Origin: Candidatus Latescibacterota bacterium
GTDB lineage: Bacteria; Latescibacterota; UBA2968; GCA-2709665
Assembly (NCBI GenBank): GCA_965205485.1
Contig: OZ242180.1
Coordinates: forward strand, 160,001-224,000
DNA length: 64,000 nucleotides
Direction of reading: 5' to 3'
The position numbers and the translations under genes were made by a program. Positions 29,136-38,616 of the stretch are shown in pieces (position 1 is the first letter of the stretch; each line of letters begins with the position of its first letter). The notes beneath the pieces are model-generated. The model was given only the letters and a program-made list of their open reading frames with translations. It did no database searches and had not been told where the DNA came from.

Positions 29136-29642
29136 TCAGGCAGTATTCTTTTCCAGAATTAGTTGTCGCACTTCACCTAAAAAATCCTCTCCCAATTTTA
29201 TTTTTGTGGGTTGTCCTACTGAAGTGTTGACGCATAGCCGCAGGGTTTTTAGTGATCCGTATTTTAATAAATCATCGACGATAGCTTCTTTGATGTTCGG
29301 TTGTTTATCGTATTCCAGTAGTATCTGCGTGTGCTCACCATACTCGATTCTTCTTGGTTGTAGTGTTTCCTTTAGAATAAGCGAATATGTATTCTTCCGC
29401 CTGCCAATCGTAAATGCCACGTTATTGACAATTACTGCCCTATTGCCAATGTTGGTTATGGAGATGGAAAGCGCTTCTGAGGTCGAACTGCCAACGACCA
29501 CAACACTTTGGACTGCCTTTATGCGTAATTTTACTTTCTCAGCAGATCGGGCTAAATATAGGGCGACGACGGCCGCTGTAATTGTACCTATCGCACTTAA
29601 CAGATTGATTCCATTAGATATAGAGAATGTAGAAGATTCCAT
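29136..29642 (-). CDS. Hypothetical membrane-anchored protein
   Basis: TM LLSAIGTITAAVVALYLA followed by a beta-rich ITNIG.R domain; AT-rich. Confidence 0.7.
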   Translation of the reverse strand: MESSTFSISNGINLLSAIGTITAAVVALYLARSAEKVKLRIKAVQSVVVVGSSTSEALSISITNIGNRAVIVNNVAFTIGRRKNTYSLILKETLQPRRIEYGEHTQILLEYDKQPNIKEAIVDDLLKYGSLKTLRLCVNTSVGQPTKIKLGEDFLGEVRQLILEKNTA

Positions 29643-29660
29643 TCCGTTTACCTTTAGGCC

Positions 29661-29768
29661 TAAAGGCCAGACCGTTTCCCCGGTGGCAATAACTTCCCCG
29701 CAACTAACTGTTTCTTTGTCCAATGACGCAAGTCATGTCTTCGCTTTGTTGAGACCGATCTTGCGCAC
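29661..29768 (-). pseudogene. Second decayed Phd/YefM antitoxin copy
   Basis: VRKIGLNKAKT*LASLDKE…; DNA homologous to 21335-21443, with an internal TGA at 29733-29735. Confidence 0.7.
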
Positions 29769-29883
29769 GTCTTACCGCTTTGAGCAGGAAGCCGGAGGAT
29801 TGTGCCGGAAAATCGCTCAGTTCCCTTCAAATCGAAATCGAGGCAGATTGAGACGGTTCACCAGCCGCACGCAATTCGCTGCC

Positions 29884-32817
29884 TCAAGACGCTTCGACGC
29901 CGACGTGAAGCCGATCCCGCTCATCAGTCTCCCCAATGCCGTCACGCGCATGCGTCACGGTACTTTTATAGAGGCTACTCACGTCTTCTTTCGACGTCGC
30001 GGTTGGCGCGAGCACACGACGGTTCATATCCCGCTTGCCCTCCATCAGGCTGTCGAGCCGGATATCGAAACTGTAATCTCCGAACTCCGGATGACGCGCG
30101 ATCGGCAGGTACACGTACACCGTCTCCCGCTGGCCGATGCGAAATACCCTGTCAGTACACTGGTCCTCGACCGCCGGGTTCCACCAGCGCGAGAGGTGAA
30201 TTACGTGATTTGCTGCCGTCAACGTCAAACCGACGCCGCCGGCGCGCGGCGACAAAATCATCACGTCGAACCCTGTCCGTACCTGGAACTCGTTAACGCG
30301 AGTCTTGCGGATCCTGCCTGCGACTGAACCGTTGATGACAAGCACGTCCTCGGACAACGAATAACGGCGTCTCAGAGCACCTACAAGGAAATCTTGCATC
30401 CAGAGCGTCTCGACGAAGAGCAACGCTTTCTGTCGGCGGTTCTCAATCTCATCCAGAATCCTGAACGTCTCGGACAACCGTGCCGACGCCTGGATATACT
30501 CGTCGAGGTTGAACTCGCCTGGAGGCGCAGGGTGGAGCGAGATGCTTCGAAGTTGATGAAGCGTCTGAAGCATGTTGCCGCCACTACGGTTCCGTACGAT
30601 CCTTTCGTACGCTTCCGCCTGGAACGGCGGCATCAGTACAGGGCGTCGGTACACTTCTTTTTTCGGCAGTTCCGGGACATGGTCCTCCTTGAGCCGCCTC
30701 AGCATCAGCGCTGGCGCCTCGGTTGCAGACGTCAACCTTTCATGCAGTTCCGCAAGCATCGAGGCGCCGACTTTACCGTCAACTTCATACCGCTGGCTGA
30801 ATTCCTTAAGAGTTCCGAACATCCCGGGCTCCACCCGGTCGAGCATTGACCAGATTTCCGATGGCCGATTCTCAACCGGGGTGCCGGTCATCAGCAGAGC
30901 GAAATCGATGTTCATCGCGAGTGCGGCATCGGTCACGCGGGCGCCGGGGTTCTTGATCTTTTGGGATTCGTCGAAAACGCCTGCGCGCCAGCGGACACGA
31001 CCGAAGCTGTGTTGATAGTCGCGGAGAGTTTCATAGGTGGTGAGTACCCAGTCGGCGTTCTTTAGAGGCTGTAGGTCCAGTAGCGGTTGACCGCAGGCGA
31101 GCTCGCCACTGCGACCGGCAACCCTTCCTTTTCTGAGGCGTCGTAGAACACTTCCGTGTGCTTCGACGGCGACGCCGAGTCCGACACCGGACAGATGTTT
31201 GTCGTGTTCGTCCTTCCAGTTCCGGAGCAGGCCCGTTGGCGCAACGATAAGTATCGGTCGATGCGGCAGATCCTCAGCTTCCGCGTACCGTTTCAGACAA
31301 GAGAGAAAAGCCAGTGCTTCGAGCGTCTTCCCGAGCCCCATGTCGTCGGCGAGCAGGGCGCCCCAGTTGCCGGCATCCCAGTGACTCTTCAGCCACGCGA
31401 GACCGTCCTGTTGGTGGGGCAAGGTTCGGGTCCGCAAGTCGGGGGCGGTTGCCTCGATGCCTGCGGCACGTCGTTTGCGTTCGCGACGAAATCGAAGGTC
31501 ATCCAAATTGTCGATGACTTGCAGAACCTGGCCCGTATCTTCGGGTTCGACATGCCCCTCGGGGTCTTTTCGTCCTAATGCTGGTTTCTGGTCAATCCGA
31601 GAAAGCAACTCCTCGAGAGCGCGAAGGGTGGCCTGGTCCGCAGGGATTTCGATAGACTCGTTACCGATACGGGTCTTAAGGGTTGGTTCGCCGCACTCGA
31701 TCGCATTCTTGATTTGCCCATAGATTCCTTCCAGTTCTTCGGGCGGAATGATGATGCGGCGTCCATCGACCAGAATTCCGAATTCCTCGGGCGGTAACCA
31801 TGGCTCCTTCGCCAGCGTGATCCAGGGTAGCACCTTGTCGACCCAGATGCCTACGCCCTTTACCCGTTGGCTCAATCCCTCGTCGTTGAATACGCTGTCC
31901 AGTTCGATCGCGTCGCTGCCATCGTCTTCGAACGCTTCGCGCAGATACCCGCTGGTGTTCCTCAGAAAGTCGCGGCGCTCATCGGGACTTCCATCCTGAG
32001 CACGCCGAACCACGCCGAGTGCCCGCTCGACCTCCGGCGTCAGAACAACGTAGCTGGCACCGCCCGCCGCGTACCGATGTTTCACGGTGGATAAGCCGCG
32101 GAAACGACGAGCAAATTCCTCCTGCCGTGCCAGCGGCAAGGCGCGGGCGAACACCTGCTCCTCCTCACCTGTCTCGGTGACGAGGGTCTTGCGCCTTCCG
32201 ACTACCGGATCGAAGTCGGGCTCTCCGACGTCGTTGACGAACGGTTCAAGCTCGAAACTCGACGCAACGGTAATTTGCAGCGAACGCAGGTTGCCGTCAT
32301 CGACAACGACATCAGCTGGCAGGATCTCCGCGATCCGTCCCCATCGAAGCATCCGCGATTCGAGATCCTTTTCTCCTGCCTCGTTGAATTGTTCAATGGC
32401 TTCGGCAACAGAGTATAGCGGATCGAGTAGCACAAAGTCTTCGTGACCAGCGTGCAGCCATGCGCCCTTTCGCTCAACGGCGAGGACGCGCCGGCCATCG
32501 CGGATATAGCCGCAGCGGATTTCGAAGCGGGGATCGTGAATCGCGCCATTGGCCACGACTTCGAGTCCAAAGGGCGCGGCGTCGGGAAGACCGGTGTACC
32601 GCAACTCGTCCGACGTCAGTCCTGCGACGCTCTTCCACGAGACGCACAATGCGTTGCAGCTCTCGTGCTCGACCGCACCGCCGTTGTCACGCAGTCGAAT
32701 CAAGGCACCGGCGCCGGTTACATGCGCGGTCCACTCGCTGACCGGGGCCAAAGGATCGCCTTTCAATTCGACGATCAGGCCGTCGGATGTCGGGTCAAAT
32801 GTAAAGTGGTTAAGCAT
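29884..32817 (-). CDS. zorD: Zorya ZorD, SNF2-family ATPase (no C-terminal nuclease seen)
   Basis: LADDMGLGKT, DESQKIKN, MTGTPVEN, GGVGLTLTAANHVIHLSRWWNPAVEDQCTDRVFRIGQ; follows zorABC. Confidence 0.88.
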   Translation of the reverse strand: MLNHFTFDPTSDGLIVELKGDPLAPVSEWTAHVTGAGALIRLRDNGGAVEHESCNALCVSWKSVAGLTSDELRYTGLPDAAPFGLEVVANGAIHDPRFEIRCGYIRDGRRVLAVERKGAWLHAGHEDFVLLDPLYSVAEAIEQFNEAGEKDLESRMLRWGRIAEILPADVVVDDGNLRSLQITVASSFELEPFVNDVGEPDFDPVVGRRKTLVTETGEEEQVFARALPLARQEEFARRFRGLSTVKHRYAAGGASYVVLTPEVERALGVVRRAQDGSPDERRDFLRNTSGYLREAFEDDGSDAIELDSVFNDEGLSQRVKGVGIWVDKVLPWITLAKEPWLPPEEFGILVDGRRIIIPPEELEGIYGQIKNAIECGEPTLKTRIGNESIEIPADQATLRALEELLSRIDQKPALGRKDPEGHVEPEDTGQVLQVIDNLDDLRFRRERKRRAAGIEATAPDLRTRTLPHQQDGLAWLKSHWDAGNWGALLADDMGLGKTLEALAFLSCLKRYAEAEDLPHRPILIVAPTGLLRNWKDEHDKHLSGVGLGVAVEAHGSVLRRLRKGRVAGRSGELACGQPLLDLQPLKNADWVLTTYETLRDYQHSFGRVRWRAGVFDESQKIKNPGARVTDAALAMNIDFALLMTGTPVENRPSEIWSMLDRVEPGMFGTLKEFSQRYEVDGKVGASMLAELHERLTSATEAPALMLRRLKEDHVPELPKKEVYRRPVLMPPFQAEAYERIVRNRSGGNMLQTLHQLRSISLHPAPPGEFNLDEYIQASARLSETFRILDEIENRRQKALLFVETLWMQDFLVGALRRRYSLSEDVLVINGSVAGRIRKTRVNEFQVRTGFDVMILSPRAGGVGLTLTAANHVIHLSRWWNPAVEDQCTDRVFRIGQRETVYVYLPIARHPEFGDYSFDIRLDSLMEGKRDMNRRVLAPTATSKEDVSSLYKSTVTHARDGIGETDERDRLHVGVEAS

Positions 32818-32929
32818 CGGAGATACTCAAAGTTTCCTAGATTACACGCGCGTCGGTCTAAACTGAAAGTACCCTCGTGTCAAGTTGGGCGATTTCCTGC
32901 CCGTTTTTTTGAACAGAACACCAGCACGA

Positions 32930-34705
32930 TCAGGCGCCCCAGGTCGACGACTCGTTCGTCAGGCGTTCAATCGTCGTGTTCAGGAACCGGAGCACCGTTC
33001 TCCACCGCGTCCCATAGCCCGGTACCCCGTGGTCCTCTGTGTAAGCGGCCCATGCCGGCGACGTCGGTTTCATGAAGGCACGTAGATCCACTCGACTCTT
33101 GTGTGAGACCCTCACAGCGTTCCGAACCCTCTGCAACTCCCGTAGCGCTACTGCGGCCGTTGCTGTCCGGATTTTTGGCGACTGAGCACGAATGCGTGAA
33201 CTAGCAATTGCCGGGCTTCGTGATCGCCGGGTCGAGGTTTTGGTGCGAGGGGATTTTTCGTATGGCCTTTCGCGCAGCCGATCAGGAAAGTACTCGTTGC
33301 GACCTATCTCCACACCGGTATTTTCGCGCAGCCATTGTGCAATTGCGTCCTGCCAATATCCGCGGTCGCTTCCTTGATGCGCCTGTTTGAAATCCGCACC
33401 GCCGATGAGATCATATCGCGAATATTTGGACTCGTAAAACCCTGGTGACCCGTTATTTCCATCGAGCCATATTCGACACGAGCCGTTGTGGCTCCACTCT
33501 GCGATTGTCACGCCGGGAATTCGCAAAACAAGCACCGATTGGTCGCCCTGGGCGCCGTGGAGATCCGCGCTCGTTTCCGACTCGTCGTTTTTCTGGTTCG
33601 TCTTCCGCAGGATGTCTTTTGCGCGGGGACCAAGCACAAACCAGATGTCATCGATCAGACCGTGTTCGTGAAAAGCCCGCCAGAAAGCCTCACGGTAGCG
33701 CCAGTGTCTGTCAAATGCCGTCTCCTTGACGAGCAGGAAGAATTGTTCGAGCGTTCGTTCTACGAGCCATCGGATCACGACACGGCGGATTTCGTCCGGA
33801 ATCCCTGACCACCTGTGCTTCCCCGTTCCCAGGCGAGGATCACGAAAGTGACGCAGGAAGAATGGCTGCAGGCATTCCTTCGTCGCCGGTTCGGGAGATC
33901 GTTCGACAAAGGGACGGAGCAGTGCCCTGGCGACTTCGGTTCGCATGGCGGTGTCGTCGAATCGCAGTTTACCCTCGAATTCCAGCAGTCTGAGCAACCG
34001 GTCAATGTGTGCGGCATCGAGGCGTTTCTGATTCAGTTGCGATTCCGCGCGCGGGAGGTAGGCCCGGATACCGGAATTCAGGAAACCGGCGTGGGCGAGT
34101 CCGGCGTCAAACCCCGCTTGTAAGAGGAAATCGTCAACTGCGTCGGACGCAGAGAGTAGCTCTTCCACGAACGACCGATCGCCCCCCGCACTGAGAAGCC
34201 CCCAATCGCCGCACCGATTTCGCCATTTCTGCAGAGACGGAGGCGGCGATGAACCATTGTTGACGGCCCTATACAGCATCTCTCGCAAATCGCCAAAGGT
34301 CCGCAGGCCGACAGGGTATACACGCAAGAACTCGTGCAGCAGCGCCAACACGGAGCGAGTCCGTCGGCCTTCGAACAGCCAGTGACGGTACAATTCCAGG
34401 AGGCGTGGGTCCGCGCCCAGCCAGCGGTTTCGGCTGTGTCTTGGCGGGTAAAACAGAATCCAGGGCAGGCGCCGCAGATCGCGGGGCTCGATTCGAGAAA
34501 GAGAGCGGTTGCGGCGCCACGATTCCACCACTCTATGATGCAGAATCTCCAGGTCGTAGACCTGTGGCTTTGTAGGTACGACGTCGCCCAGCGCTTTCGC
34601 TGCTTCCGCGGCCGCTTTGCGCGTTCTTTGCGGATCGAAGTGGTGCGGGAGCCCTTGGGGGCGGGTCCAGCGCTCCAGTGATTCCTTCAGGGAGATTGCG
34701 CTCAC
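32930..34705 (-). CDS. zorC: Zorya ZorC, EH-signature domain protein
   Basis: DPR…W; R..FW…I…W..LG; S…L.I…IAEWSHNG.C..W…H…WQ. GTGA overlap with zorB. Confidence 0.85.
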   Translation of the reverse strand: MSAISLKESLERWTRPQGLPHHFDPQRTRKAAAEAAKALGDVVPTKPQVYDLEILHHRVVESWRRNRSLSRIEPRDLRRLPWILFYPPRHSRNRWLGADPRLLELYRHWLFEGRRTRSVLALLHEFLRVYPVGLRTFGDLREMLYRAVNNGSSPPPSLQKWRNRCGDWGLLSAGGDRSFVEELLSASDAVDDFLLQAGFDAGLAHAGFLNSGIRAYLPRAESQLNQKRLDAAHIDRLLRLLEFEGKLRFDDTAMRTEVARALLRPFVERSPEPATKECLQPFFLRHFRDPRLGTGKHRWSGIPDEIRRVVIRWLVERTLEQFFLLVKETAFDRHWRYREAFWRAFHEHGLIDDIWFVLGPRAKDILRKTNQKNDESETSADLHGAQGDQSVLVLRIPGVTIAEWSHNGSCRIWLDGNNGSPGFYESKYSRYDLIGGADFKQAHQGSDRGYWQDAIAQWLRENTGVEIGRNEYFPDRLRERPYEKSPRTKTSTRRSRSPAIASSRIRAQSPKIRTATAAVALRELQRVRNAVRVSHKSRVDLRAFMKPTSPAWAAYTEDHGVPGYGTRWRTVLRFLNTTIERLTNESSTWGA

Positions 34706-35583
34706 TGTGAATCCTCATCATACCTTTCGTGGACATCGGTCTGGACCTCCGGCTCCTTCTGGTGCAGTGCCCCGGCAGGTGGTTCGAGCAGGAATCTCAG
34801 ATCGATGCGCCGGTTATCGTCAGCACGCTCCGGGTCGCGGGTCACAGGCCGTGTGTAACCGTACCCGCTTGTGCTCAAAATGGGGTACTTGGCGGTGTTC
34901 AGAAGACCCTCCAATCCGGGCTCGCAGGCGACGATCATTCGATGGACAGTCGCCGCCCTCATCGACGCCAACTCAAGATTGTCCCGAAAGCGATTGCCAG
35001 CCGCGACCGGCACGTCGTCGGTGTGGCCCTCGATCAGCAAGGTCTCGAGTAGCCAGGGATAATCCTGCTCCCTGCATGGGTAGGTCGTGGGATCGGCCCG
35101 GGGTTGGCAGTACGGGGATGAGTCGTCCGAGTACTCCACGACCACAACTTCATCATCACCCCGAGCGTGCGAGGCCGCCTCCGGAAGAGAGACATAGCAT
35201 GGTACCACCTCGGCAATTGCTTGCGCGAGGCGTCCGACGTTTACATGGTGCTCGAGAACGGGAATCTCACTGCCCGACGGAAAATTGATGGCATTGTCCG
35301 ACAAGCGCAGGACACCCTGGTTTTTGAGTATTTCGACCCGCATTCCGGATTCTTCAAGCCTACTCTTGATGTCTTGGAGCATTCGGTTGCGCGTTTCGCC
35401 CGAAGCCGTCAATTCCGCCCTGACTTTGTCCTGTTTCTCGATAACGTTTGCGAGTTGGTACGCAAACACAGCCAGCATGATGATGAATACAAATATGAGC
35501 GCCGACACGAGGTCGCTTACGGTGGCGAGATAGTTCTGTCCTTCGGAACCCGCGTCCTGAATCTGTTTATCGCCGCTCGTCAT
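34702..35583 (-). CDS. zorB: Zorya ZorB, MotB/OmpA-like protein
   Basis: TM with conserved Asp (VSDLVSALIFVFIIML), IEGHTD, N.EL...RA, SGYG..RP, NRRIDLRF; ATGA overlap with zorA. Confidence 0.9.
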   Translation of the reverse strand: MTSGDKQIQDAGSEGQNYLATVSDLVSALIFVFIIMLAVFAYQLANVIEKQDKVRAELTASGETRNRMLQDIKSRLEESGMRVEILKNQGVLRLSDNAINFPSGSEIPVLEHHVNVGRLAQAIAEVVPCYVSLPEAASHARGDDEVVVVEYSDDSSPYCQPRADPTTYPCREQDYPWLLETLLIEGHTDDVPVAAGNRFRDNLELASMRAATVHRMIVACEPGLEGLLNTAKYPILSTSGYGYTRPVTRDPERADDNRRIDLRFLLEPPAGALHQKEPEVQTDVHERYDEDSQ

Positions 35584-37286
35584 CGCGACGATCCCGTAAG
35601 ACGTGGAATCAGGTCCTCGATGGAATCGCTGAGTTCTGCGGTCGCTCCAGCCAGATCTCTGATGGTCCCCGAAGTCGTCTTGTCAAGTTCGTTGGCAAAC
35701 TCACGTACTTGCTGGCAATACCCCGACAGACCTTCGTCAATCTGGTGGAAAACCGCTGCGAGTGACTTGTCGATATCTTCGAATCGTTCCTGGTATCGCG
35801 TCCAAGCGCTTGCTATGGACTGCTGGTGCTGCTCGAGCGCATTCGCGACTTCGTCCACGCGGCCGACCAGATCGCTCGTCGTCAACAGCGTTTCGGCTGT
35901 TCTGTCGCTCGCTTCGCGGATCTCACGGGCGGCGCGTACGACAGGCGCAGCAGCAGACTCAATTTGCCGATGTGTCGACTCTATGGTACCGCGTAATTCG
36001 TTGAGTTCTTCAACGAACGAGGTCATGCCACTCAAGACCTGTTCACTCCGTCGTGCGGACTGACTGAGACTCTCCGCTGCGGACTGCAGGTATTGAGTTA
36101 CGGCCCCAACGGTATTCGACATTTCAGCTGCAGCCGTCGCACTGGATGTCGTCATGCGTTCTGCCATTTGTTCAGATGCAGCAGCGACGGCGCTTGTGAT
36201 TTCACCCAACGACTCTTGCAGCGATTTATTCATGGCGCTCGCACTGTCATCCATGGACGTCCTGACCGTTGAGAGGACCGAATCGAGCGCTGTTCGGGCG
36301 TCCTGTTGCGACTGCGCCAGTCCTGCGACCGAATCCTGCAGCGTACGGTTCAAATCGGCAACGATAGACGCCATCTCATCGAACTGCGAACCCGCCCGAT
36401 CTTGCATCGCGGCCGTGAACCTGTCGAGCGCATCGTTGATCATCTGACCGCTGTCAGTCGACCGGTCCGTCCGGAGCCGCTCGACAGCTTCAACCAGTTG
36501 GTCGAGTTGAGGCGACAGCCGACCTGCGATCTTCTCGTCGAGCGCCTTCTCAAGGGAGAAAATCAACTCACTGTTAAATCGTTCGAGTTGTGTCGTCGTG
36601 CGCCTTGCCTGTTCGAGCTGTTGCAGCGCGACACCCTCTGGCGTCACCCGCTCCAAGCGAGATTCAAGGGCTCCGACCCAATCAACAAGCGCTATGTGAA
36701 GTCTTCGAGTGACAGATCGTTCGCCAACGACAAAAAGAATAGAACAGACTATTCCGACAATTGACGTCCAGAACGCCAGCGATGCCCCTCCCAGAAGTTG
36801 TTGTAAGGCGGAAGTGATCTCACCCGGATTGCTTGAGGCCAGACCGGAGCTCGCTGATCCGACGCCCGCCGCCAAACCAACAAAAGTCCCGAGAATGCCC
36901 ATTCCCGTCAACAGATTCGGGACCGCCTGGTAGAAACCGGTCGATATATTCGGAAAGATAATGGTAGCGTCGTTCAGGTACCGCGACACGTCGCCGGTGT
37001 TGCGGATGGGATCACCAGACTCAGGTTCGGGAAGAAGCAGAGTCTCTACGAATTCCGTCCACGGTAGACCCAATGCCTTCTCGACATGGGCATTGTAAGC
37101 TTCAAACGCGACAACGAAATCCATTGCTCCATTGACATCTGCCAATTCCTTTTTCGCGATCCGAAGCCTGCCGTATAATGGAATCGCGTGCCACGCCATT
37201 TTTGCAGCGAAGAAAGTGGCGATCACGACAATAACGCCGCAGTACAGCCAGACGAAATCTTCTGTGAGAGCAAACTCAATATTCAT
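35580..37286 (-). CDS. zorA: Zorya ZorA, MotA-like protein with long helical tail
   Basis: PNLLTGMGILGTFVGL…AFWTSIVGI followed by a long Ala/Ser/Gln-rich coiled-coil tail. Confidence 0.9.
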   Translation of the reverse strand: MNIEFALTEDFVWLYCGVIVVIATFFAAKMAWHAIPLYGRLRIAKKELADVNGAMDFVVAFEAYNAHVEKALGLPWTEFVETLLLPEPESGDPIRNTGDVSRYLNDATIIFPNISTGFYQAVPNLLTGMGILGTFVGLAAGVGSASSGLASSNPGEITSALQQLLGGASLAFWTSIVGIVCSILFVVGERSVTRRLHIALVDWVGALESRLERVTPEGVALQQLEQARRTTTQLERFNSELIFSLEKALDEKIAGRLSPQLDQLVEAVERLRTDRSTDSGQMINDALDRFTAAMQDRAGSQFDEMASIVADLNRTLQDSVAGLAQSQQDARTALDSVLSTVRTSMDDSASAMNKSLQESLGEITSAVAAASEQMAERMTTSSATAAAEMSNTVGAVTQYLQSAAESLSQSARRSEQVLSGMTSFVEELNELRGTIESTHRQIESAAAPVVRAAREIREASDRTAETLLTTSDLVGRVDEVANALEQHQQSIASAWTRYQERFEDIDKSLAAVFHQIDEGLSGYCQQVREFANELDKTTSGTIRDLAGATAELSDSIEDLIPRLTGSSR

Positions 37287-38010
37287 AGTGATTACCGATC
37301 CAGTGGAAAGAGCCGCTGAACAGAACACAGGAACGCGGAAACCACGTGGCCGCGTTCCTGTGTCGCAAATTGCGTCAGAGTGAGTGACAATATAATTAAG
37401 TTTTATTGAATTACTGCTGAAAAATTCGGTGCGCTCGTTGGTTTTATGATGAAATCCGGTGTTTTTTCGTGGAGACATGGAGTTTCGACAGAAACAGGAA
37501 TCATCCGGGAACCGCAATCTCGGGAAGAAGCGGCTGTTCTGCCTGCTTGGCATGCTTCAGCAGGCAGGGCGGGCGGGGGCAGATAGCGAACGCTCAGGTT
37601 CATCCCATGCCGAAGGAAGCCTTTCGTCTGCCTCACGGCTTCCTCAGGATGACGGGACGGTTAAACGAGCGGTCGAAGCCATCGGTACGGTCTTCTGGTA
37701 AACGCCTCGTCGGCCGTTACCGCGGCATGAACGTGTGGGGGATTGAGTACGGATGTTGTCCGGGGTGTTCTGGAGTGCGAGGATGAGGTAGAGGCAACCA
37801 GGCGAGAGTTGGGTAGGATAAAGAGGGGCGCGATTCAAGTGAAGGACCGCGACGACAAAGGACGGGAATGCCTCCAGGCCGTTCTCAGAAGCCGGCGCCC
37901 GCTAAACGGGAGCTGCAGGATCTCTCAATTGAGACGTTCGATCGGTTCGCGTTTTTTCGCATCTCTTGTGGTGGGTGGGCGTTTAAGGCACAGACCAAAG
38001 GAGGTGCGTC

Positions 38011-38397
38011 ATGCGCATGTTGTTTCTGGCAGTTTTTGTGTTGCTGGCGGGTTGCGGCACAAGCCCTACTGGTGAGGAGGGCGAGTCCGGAACTCGGTAC
38101 CAGATCTCCGAGACCGCCAAAGAGGTGCGTCAAGGCGTGGAGCTTATTATCCGGTTTGACAGTGCCAAAACCGCATTTACAGGAACTGTCAAAAACACTA
38201 CGTCTTCTGCTGTAGGGCAAGTAAGAGTTGAGGTACATCTCTCAAACGGCGTCGAACTCGGTCCCACTCCCCGGGTAGAGTTGAAGGCTGGAGAAACGAC
38301 GGATGTTCTTCTGGACGCCAGAGGGCAGTCTTTCACGTGGTATAGCGTCCATGTAGAACTGGGCAGTGGTGACCACGGAAGTGAAGGAGGAGACTGA
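38011..38397 (+). CDS. Small lipoprotein (Ig-like, FxLYD-like)
   Basis: AAGGAGG RBS, lipobox LAGC, FTGTVKNTT…V..VRVEVH. Confidence 0.8.
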   Translation: MRMLFLAVFVLLAGCGTSPTGEEGESGTRYQISETAKEVRQGVELIIRFDSAKTAFTGTVKNTTSSAVGQVRVEVHLSNGVELGPTPRVELKAGETTDVLLDARGQSFTWYSVHVELGSGDHGSEGGD

Positions 38398-38422
38398 AGA
38401 ACCTGGAAATTGCGCACCAGGG

Positions 38423-38458
38423 AGTCCGGAGAGGAGAGGTCTCTCCGGGCTTTTTTTT
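38423..38458 (+). terminator. Rho-independent terminator
   Basis: CCGGAGAG-loop-CTCTCCGG followed by T8. Confidence 0.8.
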
Positions 38459-38590
38459 CGCATTGCACGGTTGAGGGCTTAAACACGAGGCAGGCAGGCT
38501 GAAGCCGCCTGAATGAGGTGACCCGTGAATGTACAGACAGCCTGTGGTAAACGTTGACGGCGAATTCCTGAATTAATCTCCGCTTCCCCA

Positions 38591-38615
38591 TCGAGGGCAG
38601 GATGCCCTCGCTCCG
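38591..38615. repeat. Single GGAG-type REP at the 3' end of the ALS gene
   Basis: TCGAGGGCAGGATGCCCTCGCTCC, an exact copy of the family. Confidence 0.8.
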
Positions 38616-38616
38616 T

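Noticed and set aside
29643..29723. N-terminal extension of the 195-aa ORF given in the track
   Set aside because: It is read-through of the decayed phd copy; the likely start is ATG 29642.
34702..37286. motAB or exbBD/tolQR
   Set aside because: The long ZorA tail and coupling to EH-signature and SNF2 genes identify Zorya; no flagellar or TonB genes are nearby.
37620..37655. Hammerhead-like CUGAnGA…GAAA on the minus strand
   Set aside because: Stem II is not directly followed by GAAA, and stems I and III could not be formed convincingly.
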